A DNA stretch of 62,968 nucleotides, the filler included, from Chiloscyllium plagiosum (taxonomy: Eukaryota), in NCBI RefSeq assembly GCF_004010195.1. It is 4 parts of one record of this genome, joined end to end, with 100 filler letters (N's around TTAATTAATTAA, not from the genome) between each part and the next. Parts side by side here need not be neighbours in the genome. Positions count along the whole stretch, not along the records: positions 22,911 to 34,253 come from NC_057713.1; positions 34,354 to 51,478 come from NC_057713.1; 2 more parts are not named here. One strand, written 5' to 3'. The position numbers and the translations under genes were made by a program. Below are positions 25,886 through 39,151 of the stretch, one piece after another; positions within the stretch are counted from its first letter, which is position 1; each line of letters opens with the position of its first letter. A model generated the notes under the pieces. The model did not search any database and was not told where the DNA came from. It saw only the letters and a program-made list of their open reading frames with translations.

Positions 25886-28580
25886 CTGAAGCTTGTAAGT
25901 GTTCTTTTACAGATATTATTACGGGAAGTATATTTCACAGCAATTGAATGTAACTTTAAGATAGGTTGGGTGAGACAGACAAACACCTGTCCGAAAGGTA
26001 GTGAATTTCCAAACTGTATCCCGGGTAGATTCCAACAGTGATATGTCCTGGACACAACAACGGGACAAACAATATTGGATTTTGTCATGAGCAATCACCT
26101 GGGTTTAATTAATAACATAATTGTGCAGGAACATTTAACAAAAAGTGATAATAACATGATCAAATTCAATGCTGTTCAAGTGAAAAGCATGAATCAGCTA
26201 CTAGAGTACTAAGTTTAGGTAAGGTTGACTTTAACAAAATGACACAGAAATGTCCACAGGCAAAATCTCTGGAAGGATAAAACAACTGAAGAATAGTGGA
26301 GAGTGTTTCAAGAAAAAATTAACATAATACAAACCCGAGAGGAAAAAGCGCCACTTCACAGAAAAAAAAGTCATAGACAAGAGATAAGGGACAGCATAAA
26401 ACTAAAACGGGTTTAGAAAACAGCAAAAAAAAGTACAGATCCTGCTGAATAGGAAAGGTAAAGGACTACAACACAGATTATAAGAGTTACTACAAGGGAT
26501 TATGAAAGGAAACTTGCAAGGAATCAAAATTAATAAGAAGAAATGTTATTGTTACATAAAGGGAAGATGTGTGGTAAGGAGCAATGATTGAAAGTGAAGA
26601 TATTGTTAAATGACTATGGGGAAATGGCAGACACATTTCATAATTACTTTGCCTCAGTAGTTACAGCAGAAGAGGAGGATGGTTTGTTAGAGTATCGAGG
26701 AAATTAATAATAGAACAGGGACAGGAGCCAATTAAAATAATGTAAGTAAAATATCAATAATAAGGAAATTAATAGACTTAGGAATCACAAATGCCCAGCA
26801 CCTGACAGTATCCATCCACGGGTGTTAAAGAAAGTAAGAGAGCACATTATAGATGCACTAACTATAATCTTTCAGAGTTCAGGATTTGTACCTCTGGATT
26901 GGAAAATTGCACATTCCGTTTTTTAACAAAGGTGGAAGAGGGAATTACAGACCAGTGAACATAATATCTGTGGTGAGGAAAGTGTTGGAGTCAGTACTAA
27001 GGATGAGGTAACATGACACCTTGAAAATGTTCAGTTACTTAGGGACAGCCAGCGTGAACTCATGACAGGTAGGTCATGCCTGACAAACTTCATTGACTTT
27101 TTTAAGAGGTGACTAAGGTAGTGGAGAGCGGAATATCTGTGCATGTGTTTATATGGACTTTCATAAGGCATTTAGTAAAGTCCCACACAAGAGATTGTTA
27201 ACTAAGGTAGAAGCTCCTGGCATTGAGGATAAATTACAGACATGGCTGGGAATTGGTTGAGTGGCAGGGGATAGTAAGTAGGGATAATGTGTAGGTGCTC
27301 AAATGACCAGTGGTGTCCCACAAGAATTGGTGTTAGGGCCTTAATTATTCATGTTATTTACTAATGATTTGGATCATGGCATAGAAAGTCACTATCCAAA
27401 TTTACAGATGACACGAAGTTAGATGGCATTGTAGACAGGGTAGCTATTGGCATAAAATTACAAAGGGTTATTATTACTAGACTCAGTGAATGGACAAAAC
27501 TGTGGCAACTGGATTTCAACATAGGCAAATGTGAGGTTATTAAGTTTGGACTGATAAAGGATAGATGAGGGTACTTTCTAGATCACATAAAGTTAAATAT
27601 AGTGTACGTCCAAAGAGACTTAGGGGACTGGGTGATAATTAAAATGTCATGAATAGGGTAAAAAAAAATCAAGAAAGCCAATGGAATGCTAGCTTTACAT
27701 CTGAAGGACTGGAACACAGGGCTACAGGTGTCATGATCCCATTGTACAAAACCCTGGTTAGTCCCCACTTGGTCACCTTAGGAAGTGGGGGAGTCCAGAA
27801 CTGGAGGGCATAAGTTTAAGATCAGAGGGGAAAGATCTAAAAGTTACCTAAGGGGCAACGTTTTCATACAGAGGGTGGTGCGTGCACGAAATGAGCTGCC
27901 AGAGAAAGTGGTGGAGGCTGGTACAATAACAGCATTTAAAAGGCATCTGGATGGGTATATGATTAGGAAGGATTTAGAGGGATATGGGCCAAATGCTGGC
28001 AAATGGGACTAGATTAGGTTAGGATATCTGGTTGGCATGGACGAGGATTAAAGGGCCTGCTTTTGTGCTGTACATCTCTATGGCTCTGCGACTAAGGATA
28101 GATTGGCCTTGGAGGGAGTAAAATGTACAATTACAAAAATGATACCTAATCTCAGGGTAGGTTATGAGGAGAGATTACACAAATTAGACCTGTTTTCATT
28201 AGAATTTAAAAGGTTCAGGTGTAATCTGGTCAAAGATTTCAAGATATTAACAGCAAAAGATAGGGTAGGTAAAGATAAACTATTTCCACTGGTTGGAAAT
28301 TTTAGAACTAGAGGATATAGTCAAAAAAATTAAGCCAGACTGTTCAGGGGAAGATGTTAGGAAGCACATTGACACACAAAGGATGGGAGATATTTGGAAC
28401 TCTCTTCTGTCTGTGGGTGCTGGATCAGTTGATAATTTTAAACCTGAGTTAGATACATTTTTGTAAGGACAAAAGGGACATGGGTGAAAGGATGTGAAAT
28501 TAGGCCACAGAGTAGCCTTGATCTCAGTGAATGTTAGAACAGGCTCAAGGGGCTGAATAGCCTCCTCCTGTTCCTATGTT
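25885..28580 (+). mobile_element. Old CR1 LINE ORF2 with a younger CR1 3' fragment nested at about 27783-28095
   Basis: Decayed EN/RT motifs (PDSIHPRVLK, NYRPV, KFTDDTKL) and two CR1 3' ends. Confidence 0.8.
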
Positions 28581-29730
28581 CAATAGTAATGTTTTAGCAA
28601 ATAAACAGCCACTCTTGTGACAATGGACATTATAGTCATATGTGACACCAATATAATCAATTGCAAGCCCATCTGTTTCAGCATTCCTCAGTTTGACTAT
28701 TTTTCACTTAACGAATATTGAACAGGTTATGGCAATGGACTGATGCAATGGCAAATATTAAACCACAACTTTTGTGAAATAAATTGTTGCCCTAAATAAG
28801 TAATGAATGTTACTGCCATTATTAAATGCATTTGTGTTAAAGAGCAGAATTTGGCTAAATATTGGTGTACATAATAATATGCTTTGATAATCAATTAAAA
28901 TCCTGTAATAAGTTAACCACTCTGATCTCATTGATATTGTGAAATAAAGGTCCAGCAACAACTGTCATAATCAATCACAACAACTTGTATTTATACAGTG
29001 TCGTTTACATGGCAAAAACAATCCAGCTTCACACATATTTTAATGAGCTTTTGGTTTACAGAGTATTCTGATTTACCACACATCACTGATATGAAATTGC
29101 CCTTTAATTTCCTGGGGACTCAGAAGTTGATGATGAAAACAATCAAACACCTACTCCAGTATGATGACCATATGCAGCAACAGCAAGACTGGCCAATTCC
29201 ACCTTGTCTTCAGGGATACAGAGAATCATTTCAGTTTAAAAGACTGAATTCTGAATAGTCATTCTACCAAACACTTCTCCACTGGTTTAGAAATAAATTT
29301 GAAAACTGGGTTTTGAAATGTAATCATCAAAATAAACACTCACAGAGATATGTAATTTGTAAATTCATCCTGCACCTGATTCTGTCTCTATAGCACATTC
29401 GGAACAGCACATAGACGACATTATACTTCGGCACCAATTGGTTTAATTCGTGAAACATATTAAACAGTCCTATAGAATATTCTTACCGGTGTCAAGAACT
29501 ATCCCCATATCGAGTTGAGAACTATCTGATCTGTTATATCTATCTACATAATCCCTCGTGTAAAATTAAAAGCAACAGTATTGGCAATTTAGTCATGAAC
29601 TGTGAACAAATTAATTCATCTTGGCTCATCTCAGTCTGACTGCCTGATCTGTTACATCTCTACTTTATAGAAGAGACTAAGTTTAACACAATTCAATGAA
29701 GTATTGGCAAAATAGGACTATCATATTTCT

Positions 29731-29860
29731 GGGAGAAAGTGAGGACTGCAGATGCTGGAAATCAGAGCTGAAAATGTGTTGCTGGAAAAGCACAGCAGGT
29801 CAGGCAGCATCCAAGGAACAGGAGAATTGACGTTTCAGGCATAAGCCCTTCTTCAGGAAA
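29731..29860 (-). mobile_element. PLE pLTR solo copy with hammerhead
   Basis: Minus strand CTGAAGAAGGGCTTATGCCTGAAACGTC plus pLTR body to ...gcagtcctcactttctcc. Confidence 0.75.
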
Positions 29861-30135
29861 CACTAAATGTTCATGTTAATAAGACAAACATTTAATAATG
29901 TATATGAGCCATAGTTTTAATGCTTGTAAATTTATTCCACAAGAGCAGTATTACAAATTATGCATACAAAGTTTCATTATTTTATTGCAGTTGAATGTTC
30001 TGTTTTTATAAAGATAATATTTTACCTCAATTCCATTCACTCGCACAGTTAAAATTAGATAGTTTATGTCAGTAACCTTGAAGTTTTCCCGTTACGTATA
30101 TTTTGTAAATAAATTATTTCATGGACAATATCTTT

Positions 30136-30440
30136 TACCCATCCCTAGTTGTCCCTGAACTTAATGGCTTCATGTATCATTTCAGAGGACAATTAAGAGT
30201 CAACCACATTTCTGGGGTGTTAAGGACAGCAGATTTCCTTCTTGAAAGGGATTAGTGAAGCAGATGGGATTTTATGACAATTGATGATATGTTCAGCATT
30301 ATTCACACTAGCTTTCCATCCCAATTATTTTCCCCCTAATTAAAGCAGAGCAGCAGCCATGGTGGGGATTCAAACTGCTGATGCAGAGCTTGGGAACTCC
30401 CCATCCTGCTGGGCTCAGTATCCAGTTCAACAATGTTAGG
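30136..30440 (-). mobile_element. tRNA-derived SINE, second family (decayed)
   Basis: cccatccctagttg...gagtcaaccacatt...cagatttcctt...ggggattcaaac. Confidence 0.55.
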
Positions 30441-30469
30441 GCCTGAGGTACCTTCTCCCATGTCCTTAT

Positions 30470-30806
30470 CCCACCCCCCACCACAAACACACACATCAGG
30501 CCTTGTTATCACATGATCTGCTATTACACACTACCCATTGTTATTAGTCCCCATTAGCAGCTATTCATTCTCCCAAACTGAATGTTATCCTCTCCTTTAT
30601 CTGTTCAGCTGTTTTTTCTCTCTCGGGACTCCATCCATACCTATCGCTTACTCCTTACCCCCTCCCAGCCTATCTTCTGCATAAAAAACAACCTTTTCCC
30701 AGCTCCCATCAGTTCTGAGGATGAGTCACCACACTTGAAACTTTAACTGATTTCTCTCCACAGGTGCTGCCAGACCTGCTGAGCTTTTCCAGCAATTTTT
30801 GCTTTA
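30470..30806 (+). mobile_element. PLE 3' UTR plus pLTR (decayed)
   Basis: Pyrimidine-rich UTR, then cagttctgaggatgagtcacc...gaaactttaac and gctgccagacctgctgagc. Confidence 0.55.
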
Positions 30807-31239
30807 GTGCCCGATGGGAGCCATTTGCCAGGATTACTAGCCCAATAACCTTACGACTACTGACTCTCCCAACTGCAGACAATCCTTAAATGGCATTTGT
30901 CCGTTTTTACACTATTTACACTTTTCGATATTTTGTAATCAACCTGCTCAGAGACATTGCAGATCAGAGGTATGAACACTACCACTGAACTTCAAAAACC
31001 CTTCAGTAACACTTTTTAAAACAGCTAAAAGAACTGACCTCAGGGGACAGGGAGAAGAATTGATTCAGAAACCACACCAGAAGGATGTGTTTAAATAGAG
31101 CATATCGACTGAGAATTGAACATTGACTCTGGTTCTTTCAACATGTGACAAACTCTGCCATCTATTTAAAATCTGTTGGCAGAATTTTAACATGATTTTA
31201 TACCTTGTTATTAAAGTCTAACATTTATTCTGCATGAAG

Positions 31240-31692
31240 GTCATCCACAAGAGGATACTGGCTGGGATGGAAAATCTTTGTTATGAAGAGAGACTGGATA
31301 AGCTGGGGTTCGTTTTACTTGGAGCAGAGGAGACTGAGGGAGTGATCTGATTGAGGAAAACAAAATTATAAGAGGCATAGACAGGGTAGATCATGAGAAT
31401 CTCTTTCCCACAGCAGATATGTCGAAGAGCAGTTTAAGGTAAGGAGTTTAGAGGATCTGAGAAGCAGATCTTCAAATAGAGGGTGGTAGGTAAATTGACC
31501 ATACTGTCTGAGAGGGTGGTGGAGGCAAGAACTCTTGTAACATTGGAGCAGCATCTGGATGGGCTCTTCAAATACCAGGGGATAGCCGGCTGTGGACCAA
31601 GTGTAGCTAAATGGGGGAATTGTAATTTGGCGTAATTTGGTGGATATAGACATGGTGGGCTGAAGGGCCTGTTTCTATGCTGTATGACTCCA
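31240..31692 (+). mobile_element. CR1 3' fragment
   Basis: YEERLDKLG...LEQRRLR-like motifs and gggcctgtttctatgctgtatgactc tail. Confidence 0.7.
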
Positions 31693-31693
31693 C

Positions 31694-32338
31694 TGTGACA
31701 ATACTATAGCTTTAACAGGTTTATTTTGTCCTGTTTTCTTTCAGATGAAAGGTTGAAACAGAGGCGCTGAGTGGTTGCTCAAAATCAATATGATAAGCAA
31801 CTTGTGAAGCCTTGTAAGTGTTTTTTTTCAGGTTGCAACAATAGAAGCAGCCTGAATGAGTGAGGTCAAGCTCCCACAGAACCATGAATTTTAGTTTTAG
31901 CTTCTGTAGGTGTTGGGGTCTTGAAGCTGTGGAAGCTCTTATTCCTTTCTCTGATACAGCTAAAAGCTGGGTTTCCCTTCCTGCTGCGAGAATTGCATGT
32001 GAGACAATCTATTTGACTGAATTTGCCTTTGCCATGGATGTGATTATGGGATGTTACTATATTGGAACAGTTAAGTAATAGTAGTTAATTTATATATTAT
32101 TATGTTAAGCATTTCAATGGAGTTACAGTTAAGCCAATTCTTTTCTTTACTTTTTTGTTTGTCTGTGTTTTAAAAATAGTGTAAAAAATAAAGTGCATTT
32201 GGCTTAAAGTCAAGTCGTTTGACCAATTGAATTACATCTGGAATGCAACTCCTTACACTTAACTTTAAAATAATAAAAAATTAAGGTCTAGACTACTTTC
32301 TGAATATATTATGAAGGGGTTTGGTCTGGTCCATAACA
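31694..32338 (+). mobile_element. Probable solo LTR
   Basis: TGTGAC...CATAACA termini, AATAAA, AT-rich, no ORF; sits at a CR1 tail. Confidence 0.5.
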
Positions 32339-33252
32339 CTCTGAATTGAATGCTTGCAGTGTTCTCCCTGAACTTGAATGGTATAATGGCAGAAACCATG
32401 CAGAAGAATATGAAAATTGTTTCTACAGCATTTATTTACAGATTTCTTCGAGAATTAAAGTAATTAAGTAAAGAAGTAAAACCTCGTAAAGAGTCCTACA
32501 GTCATAAAGATACACAGCACAGAAACAGACCCTTCAGTCCAACTTGTCCATGCTGACTAAATATCATAGAACATAGAACATTACAGCACAGTACAGGCCC
32601 TTTGGCCCTCAATGTTGCGCCAACTTGTCAGACCAATCTGAAGCCTATATAACCTACACTATTCCATTCTCATCCATTTGTCTATCCAATGACCACTTAA
32701 ATGCCCTTAAAGTTGATGAGTCTACTACTGTTGCAGACAGTGCATTCCACACCCCTACTACACTCTGAGCAAAGAAACTACCTCTGACATCTGTCCTATA
32801 TCTATCACCCCTCAATTTAAAGCTATCTCCCCTCATGCTAGCCATCACCATCTGATGAAAAAGGCTCTCCCTTTCCACCCTGTCTGACCCTCTGATTATC
32901 TTATATGTCTCAATTAAGTCACCTCTCAACCTTCTTCTCTCTAACGAAAACAGCCTCAAGTCCCTCAGCCTTTCCTTGTAGGTCCTTCCCTCCATACCAG
33001 GTAACATCCTGGTAAATCTCCTCTGAACCCTTTCCAAAGCTTCCACATCCTTCCTATAATGCGGTGACCAGAACTGTATACAATACTCCAAGTGTGGCCG
33101 CACCAGAGTTTTGTACAGCTGCAGCATGATGTCATGGCTCTGAAACTCAATTTCTCCACTAATAAAAGCTAACACACCGTATACCTTCTTAACAACCAAA
33201 TCAATCGTGTGACAACTTTGAGGGATCTATGTACCTGGACACCGCGTTCTCT

Positions 33253-33390
33253 CTAGGTAAAAACAAGGACTGCAGATGCTGGAAACCAGAGTCTAGATTA
33301 GGGTGGTGCTGGAAAAGCACAGCAGGTCAGGCAGCATCTGAGGAGCAGGAAAATCAACGTTTCGGGCAAAAGCCCTTCATCAGGAATATC
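33253..33390 (-). mobile_element. PLE pLTR solo copy inserted in a CR1
   Basis: Typical pLTR with intact hammerhead, interrupting CR1 RT sequence. Confidence 0.75.
33352..33387 (-). ncRNA. Minimal hammerhead ribozyme motif in PLE pLTR
   Basis: AUUC-CUGAUGA-A-GGGC(UUUU)GCCC-GAAAC-GUU|GAUU; palindrome AACGUU. Confidence 0.72.
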
Positions 33391-34253
33391 CATCAGGAAT
33401 AATCAGGATCTAAAACAAATCCTTGTGGTACCCCATTATGAATTGAGCTCCAGGATGAATATTTCCCTTCAACCACCACCTTCTGTCCTCTTTCAGCTAG
33501 CCAATTTCTGATCCAAACCATTAATTCACTCTCAATCCCATGCCTCCATATTGTGTGCAATAGCCTACGGTGGGGAAACTTATCAAATGCCTTGCTGAAG
33601 TTCACATACACCAGATCAACCGTTTTACCTTCATCCACCCATTTGATCACCTTCTCAAAGAACCCAATAAGGTTTGTGAGGCATGACTTACCCTTCAAAA
33701 AAACATGTTGACAATCCCTAATCAACTTATTCCGAATAAATCTAGTCCCACCTGCCAGCACCCAGCCCATATCCCTCCAAACCCTTCCTATTCATATACC
33801 CATCCAGATGCCTTTTAAATGTTGCAATTGTACCAGCCTCCACCACATCCTCTGGCAGCTCATTCCATACACGTACCACCCTCTACGTGAAAAAGTTGCC
33901 CCTTAGGTCTCTTTAATATCTGTCCCCTCTCACCCTCAATCTATGTCCTCTAGTTCTGGATTTCCCCACCCCAGGGAAAAGTCCTTGTCTATTTATCCTA
34001 TCCATGCCCCTCATGACTTTATAAACTTCTATGAGATAGAACATAGAACATAGAACAATACAGCACAGAACAGGCCCTTCGGCCCATGATGTTGTGCCGA
34101 ACTTCTAACCTAGATTAAGTACCCATCCATGTACCTATCCAAATGCCGCTTAAAGGTCGCCAATGATTCCGACTCTACCACTTCCATGCCCCCACCACTC
34201 TCTGGGTAAAGAACCCACCCCTGACATCTCCCCTATACCTTCCACCCTTCACC

Positions 34254-34353
34254 NNNNNNNNNNNNNNNNNNNNNNNNNNNNNNNNNNNNNNNNNNNNTTA
34301 ATTAATTAANNNNNNNNNNNNNNNNNNNNNNNNNNNNNNNNNNNNNNNNNNNN
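34254..34353. other. Artificial contig-join spacer N44-TTAATTAATTAA-N44
   Basis: Same construct as 22811-22910. Confidence 0.95.
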
Positions 34354-35034
34354 CTTCCCCTATCTCCTCTGGCTCCACACACAACTTCCCACTATTATCC
34401 TTGATTGGCCCTAATTTAACTCTCGTCATTCTTTTATTCCTGACATACCTATGGAAAGCCTTAGGTTAACCCTGTTCCTATCCGCCAACAACTTCTCATG
34501 TCCCCTCCTGGCTCTTCTGAGCTCTCTTTTTAGGTCTTTCCTGACTTCCTTGTAACCCTCAAGCGCCCTAACTGAGTTTTCACATTTTGTCCTAACATAA
34601 GCCTTCTTCATCTTCTTGACCAGGGATTCCACTTCCTAGTGAACCACGGCTCACGCGTTCTATATCTTCCTCCCTGCTTGACAGGTACATACTTACCTAG
34701 GACACACAGGAGCTTTTCCTTGAATAAGCTCCACATTTTTAATGTGCTCATCCCCTACAGTTTCCTTCCCCATTCTATGCTTCCTAAATCTTTCCTAATT
34801 GCATCGTAATTTCCCTTTCCCTAGCTGTAACTCTTGCTCGGTGGAGTACACCTATCCCTTTCCATCAGTAAAGTAAACCTGACAGAATTGTGATCGCTGT
34901 CTCCAAAGTGCTCACCTACTTCCAAATCTAACACCTGGCCAGGCTTGTTACCCAGTACTAAATTTAAAATGGCTTCACCCCTTGTAGGCCTGTCTACATA
35001 CTGTGTCAGGAAGCCCTCCTGCACACACTGGTCA

Positions 35035-37340
35035 AAAGTGTAGGGAATGCTGGATGACAAGAGAAATTGAGGGTTTGGTTAAGAAAAAGAAAGAAGCATA
35101 TGTCAGGTATAGACAGGATAGATCGAGTGAATCCCTAGAAGAGTAGAAAGGCAGTAGGAGTATACTGAAGAATATACTTAAGGAAGAATGTTGTGAAACT
35201 TGAAAGGGTTCAGAACAAGATCTGAGCTATAGGGAGAGGCTGAACAGGCTGGGGCTGTTTTCCCTGGACCGTCGGAGGCTGAGGGGTGACCTTATAGAGG
35301 TTTACAAAATCTTGAGGGGCATGGATAGGATAAATAGACAAAGTCCTTTCCCTGGGGTGGGAGAGTCCAGAACTAGAGGGTATAGGTTTAGGGTGAGACG
35401 GGAAAGATATAAGAGGGTCCTAAGTGGAAACTTTTTCACGCAGAGAGTGGTGCGTGTGTGGAATGAACTGCCAGAGGAAATGGTGGAGGCCGGTACGATT
35501 GCAACATTTAGAAGGCATCTGTATGGGTATATGAATAGGAGGGGTTTGGAGGGATATGGGCCGGGTGCTGGCAAATGGGACTAGATTAGTTTAGGATACC
35601 TGGTTGGCATGGACGGGTTGGACCGAAGGTTCTGTTTCTGTGCTGTACACCTCTGTGACTCCATAACTCAAACAGGAAAATCAGAAGGTCAGAAAGAGAT
35701 AGCTTTGGCAAATAGATTTAAGGAGAATCCAAAGTGGTTCTACAAATACATTGAGGACAAATGTGTAACCAGGGAGAAAATAGGGTCCCTCAAAGATCAG
35801 CAAGGCAGACTATGTGTGGAACCACAGGAGATGGGGGAGATACTGAACAAGTATGTTGCATCACTGTTAACTGTGAAGAAGGACATGGAAGATATAGAAT
35901 GTTGGGAAATAAGTAACAACATCTTGAAAAATGTCCGTATTCCAGAGGAGGAGATGCTGAACACCTTAAAACACAAAAAAGATGGATAAATCTCAGCACC
36001 TGATCAGGTGTACCCTAGAACTCTGTGGGAAGCTAGGGAAGTGATTGCTGGGCCTCTTGCTGAGATAATTGTATCATCGATAGTCAGAGGTGAGGGGCCA
36101 GAAGACTGGAGGTTGGCAAACATGGTGCCACTGTTTAAGAAGGGTGGTAAGGACAAGACAGGGAACTGTAGACCAGTGAACCTAACATTGGTGGTGGGTA
36201 CGTTGTTGGAGGGAATCCTGTGGGACAAGATTTACACGTACAGAGGAACCTCAATTATTCAGCATTCGATTAACCGACTTTTGGATTATCCGAACAAGAT
36301 CGTAATGTCCTGATGCTTGGCTAACTATGTTATCCAGCATTTGACTATCTGATTAGCCGAACCAAGTACTCCCCGCCCATGTCCTTCAGATAATTGAGGT
36401 TCCTCTGTATTTGGAAAGGCAAGGACTGATTAGAGATAGGCAACATGGCTTTGTGTGTGGGAAATCATGTCTCACTAACTTGATTGAGTTTGTTGAAGAA
36501 GTTATGAAGCTTGATAAAGGCAGAGCGGTGGACATGATCTGTATTGACTTCAGTAAGGTGTTCGACAAAGTTCCTCATGGTATACTAGTTAACAAGGTTA
36601 ACATGGAATACAGGGAGAACTAGCCAATTGGATACAGAACTGATTCGAAGGTAGGAAAAGGAGGGTGGTGGTGGAGGGCTGTTTTTCAGACTGGACGCCC
36701 GTGACTAGTGGAGTGCCACAAGGATCGGTGCTGGGTCCTCTACTTTTTATTATTTGTGTAAATGACTTGCATGTGAACATAGGATGCATGGTTAGTAAGT
36801 TTGCAAATGACACCAACACTGGAGATGCAGTGGACAGTGAAGAAGGTTACCGCAGATTACAATGAGATCTTAATCAGATGGGCCAATGGGCCAAGGAGTG
36901 GCAGATGGAGTTTAATTTAGATAAGTGCAAGGTGCTGCATTTTGGAAAAGCAAATCAGGTCGGGGTAAGGTTTAAGATGAGAGGGGAAAAATTTAAAAGG
37001 GACCTAAGGGGCAACCTTTTCATGCAGAGGGTGGTGCATGCATGGAACGAGCTGCCACATGAAGTGATGGAGGTTGGTACAATTACATCTTTTAAAGGCG
37101 CTTGGATGGGAATATGAAGGGGAAGGGTTTAGAGGGATATGGGCCAAGTGCTGACAAATGGGACAAGGTTAGGTTAGGATAGCTGGTCGGCATGGATGGG
37201 TTGGACCAAAGGGTCTGTTTCTGTGCTGGACATCTCTATGACTCTAATAAGGAGGGTTTAGAGGGATATGGGCCAAATGCTGGCAAGTCATGGACGACTT
37301 GGACTGAAGGGTCTGTTTCTGTGCTCTTTATCTCTATGAC
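35035..37340 (+). mobile_element. Cluster of nested plus-strand CR1/HER1 fragments
   Basis: [63 protein letters not shown]; several 3' tails. Confidence 0.9.
36241..36407. mobile_element. Tc1/mariner (Tigger/pogo-like) MITE, 167 bp
   Basis: Perfect 18-bp TIRs CAGAGGAACCTCAATTAT / ATAATTGAGGTTCCTCTG with TA duplication on both sides; splits a CR1 ORF2. Confidence 0.88.
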
Positions 37341-37894
37341 TCTTTATTGGGGACAATTTGTAGTAATACCTACAGCTAGCTGTATTTCAAATATTTCAGC
37401 ATGTTAATGGTGTAAATTAATATTAGTACTCAACACCTTTCAGTTACAAAAGTTCATGTTTAGAGCCAGGCTCTTTGGAATGAAGTTAAATAAACTAAAA
37501 TCTCCTTCTTAGCCAGTCCTTGGGGATTGAGGGTTACTAGTTTCCATTTTGGTTCAGAAGTGGTCATGAACTGGAATCACCTCTGATGGGCTCAGGACCA
37601 AGGGACAGTTATGGCTCTATTTGTGGACTCCTTGACAACTTGATCCTTTTTCCTCCCATCTTGTAATCCCACAGTGACATCCACCATCAGTTCATGCATT
37701 CATGCCCTGGCTTCAAAACACGTGAGACTTTATCGATGAATGATCCTGGTTTAGGATGGCAATGCCTGAGGCGATTACACTTTGATGAGGAGACTGTCTT
37801 CAAAGTCCAAGTAGATTAAATGCTTTCTGCCTCAGAAATTATCTACATAAAAAGAAAACTGACCAATGTGCAAACTGCTTCCTATGTACTTCAC

Positions 37895-39060
37895 TGCCTC
37901 TGCCTCAGCTCTTCTACTGCTGAAACCCTCCTAGACGCTGCTGTTATATCCGAATGAGATCATTCCAATACAGTTCTGCCTTCTACCCTCTGTAAACTGA
38001 AGTCATCCAAGACTCTGCTGCCTCCACCTAACATGCATCACCTTTGTGATCACTGACCTACACAGGCTCCTGACTCAACAGCACCTTAATTTTAAATTTC
38101 TCTTTGTTGTTTTCAAAATGCTATGTCTCCTGGTCCCTGTCGAAATCTATAACCTCATCCAGCCCCATGACCCTCTGAAATATCTCACAGATTTCATTCT
38201 GGTTAGTGGACAGCTGTGATTTTATTTGCTTCACTATTGATGGTTATGTTCCAGGTGTCACAATCTGAAGCCTAAGAACTCCCTGTCGAATGAAAGTTAA
38301 TAATATGTATATATTATTTTTGGAGTTCAGATTTCAACATTGAAGCATATAGATCCTGGTTACATTTGTGAAGGCTTTGGTTTTTTTGAAAAACGAGGCC
38401 TGAGTCCTTGAGAAACAGGGAGTTTAATCGACATTACTCAAAAATCAAGAGTTTGTAGAGCCCTGAGGTTAACAAAAGCTGAGAAAATTTAAGCTGTCAG
38501 TTTTGTGAGTATTCATGTAAGAAACCTCTGTTTTTCATGGGAGACAAATAGGAACAGGCCTAAAAGGAGCGGTAATCAGTTAAGCAGAGCTTAAAGATTT
38601 TATATTGAGATCCAATTTCTCTGGCGTTAGTTAATGGTGTTGACAAATATGTTAAAACCATTTTTTGCTATGTTTTAAGATTTTTCTAAACTCTTCCATA
38701 ATTAGGTAGCTTGTGTCTTTTTGTGTATTAACCGTGTGTCCTTATTTTTAAATAAACAAAGCAGTCTCGTGTAAAGATGTTTCAATGATTGACCACCATG
38801 TTTAACTGAGCTATTAAACAAAATGATCCATCAAGCCAGATTTCATCCTGGAAGCTGACCTGTCCAGTAATACCATCAGCTGAGATCATAGACAGCTACT
38901 TAAGCTGCTCTGCCTCTTTATCTCATTTTTCTTCCTTAAAGGGCTCATAAAAACCTAACTCTTCGACCAGGTTTTTGGTTGTTTGCCCTAATATCTCTTC
39001 ACATTATTCAGTGTTAAATTTTGATTATACAGTTCATGTGTATCTCATTGGGGAACTTTA
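37895..39060 (+). mobile_element. L2 LINE 3' fragment, split by an LTR
   Basis: SSTAETL, KLxVIQDSAA, HITxVxTDLHRL and LKTxLFDQ-like decayed motifs. Confidence 0.55.
38284..38894 (+). mobile_element. Probable solo LTR inserted in an L2 LINE
   Basis: TGTC...GACA termini; L2 sequence resumes on both sides. Confidence 0.45.
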
Positions 39061-39151
39061 TAACATATCAATAAACATCTTGTCTTGGTGTCTATGCTCA
39101 TCCCTATGGATAGATATCAAGCACTGATCTATATATATTAATTTTTTTTAA

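Larger units (their letters stand above)
32500..35030 (-). mobile_element. Cluster of nested minus-strand CR1/HER1 fragments (spans a spacer)
   Basis: LVRPHLEYCIQFWSPHYRKDVEALERVQRRFTRMLPG; SCLTNLIGFFEKV; FLTQYVDRPTRGEAILNLVLGN...HFGDSDHNS; (tagaaca)n tails. Confidence 0.9.
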
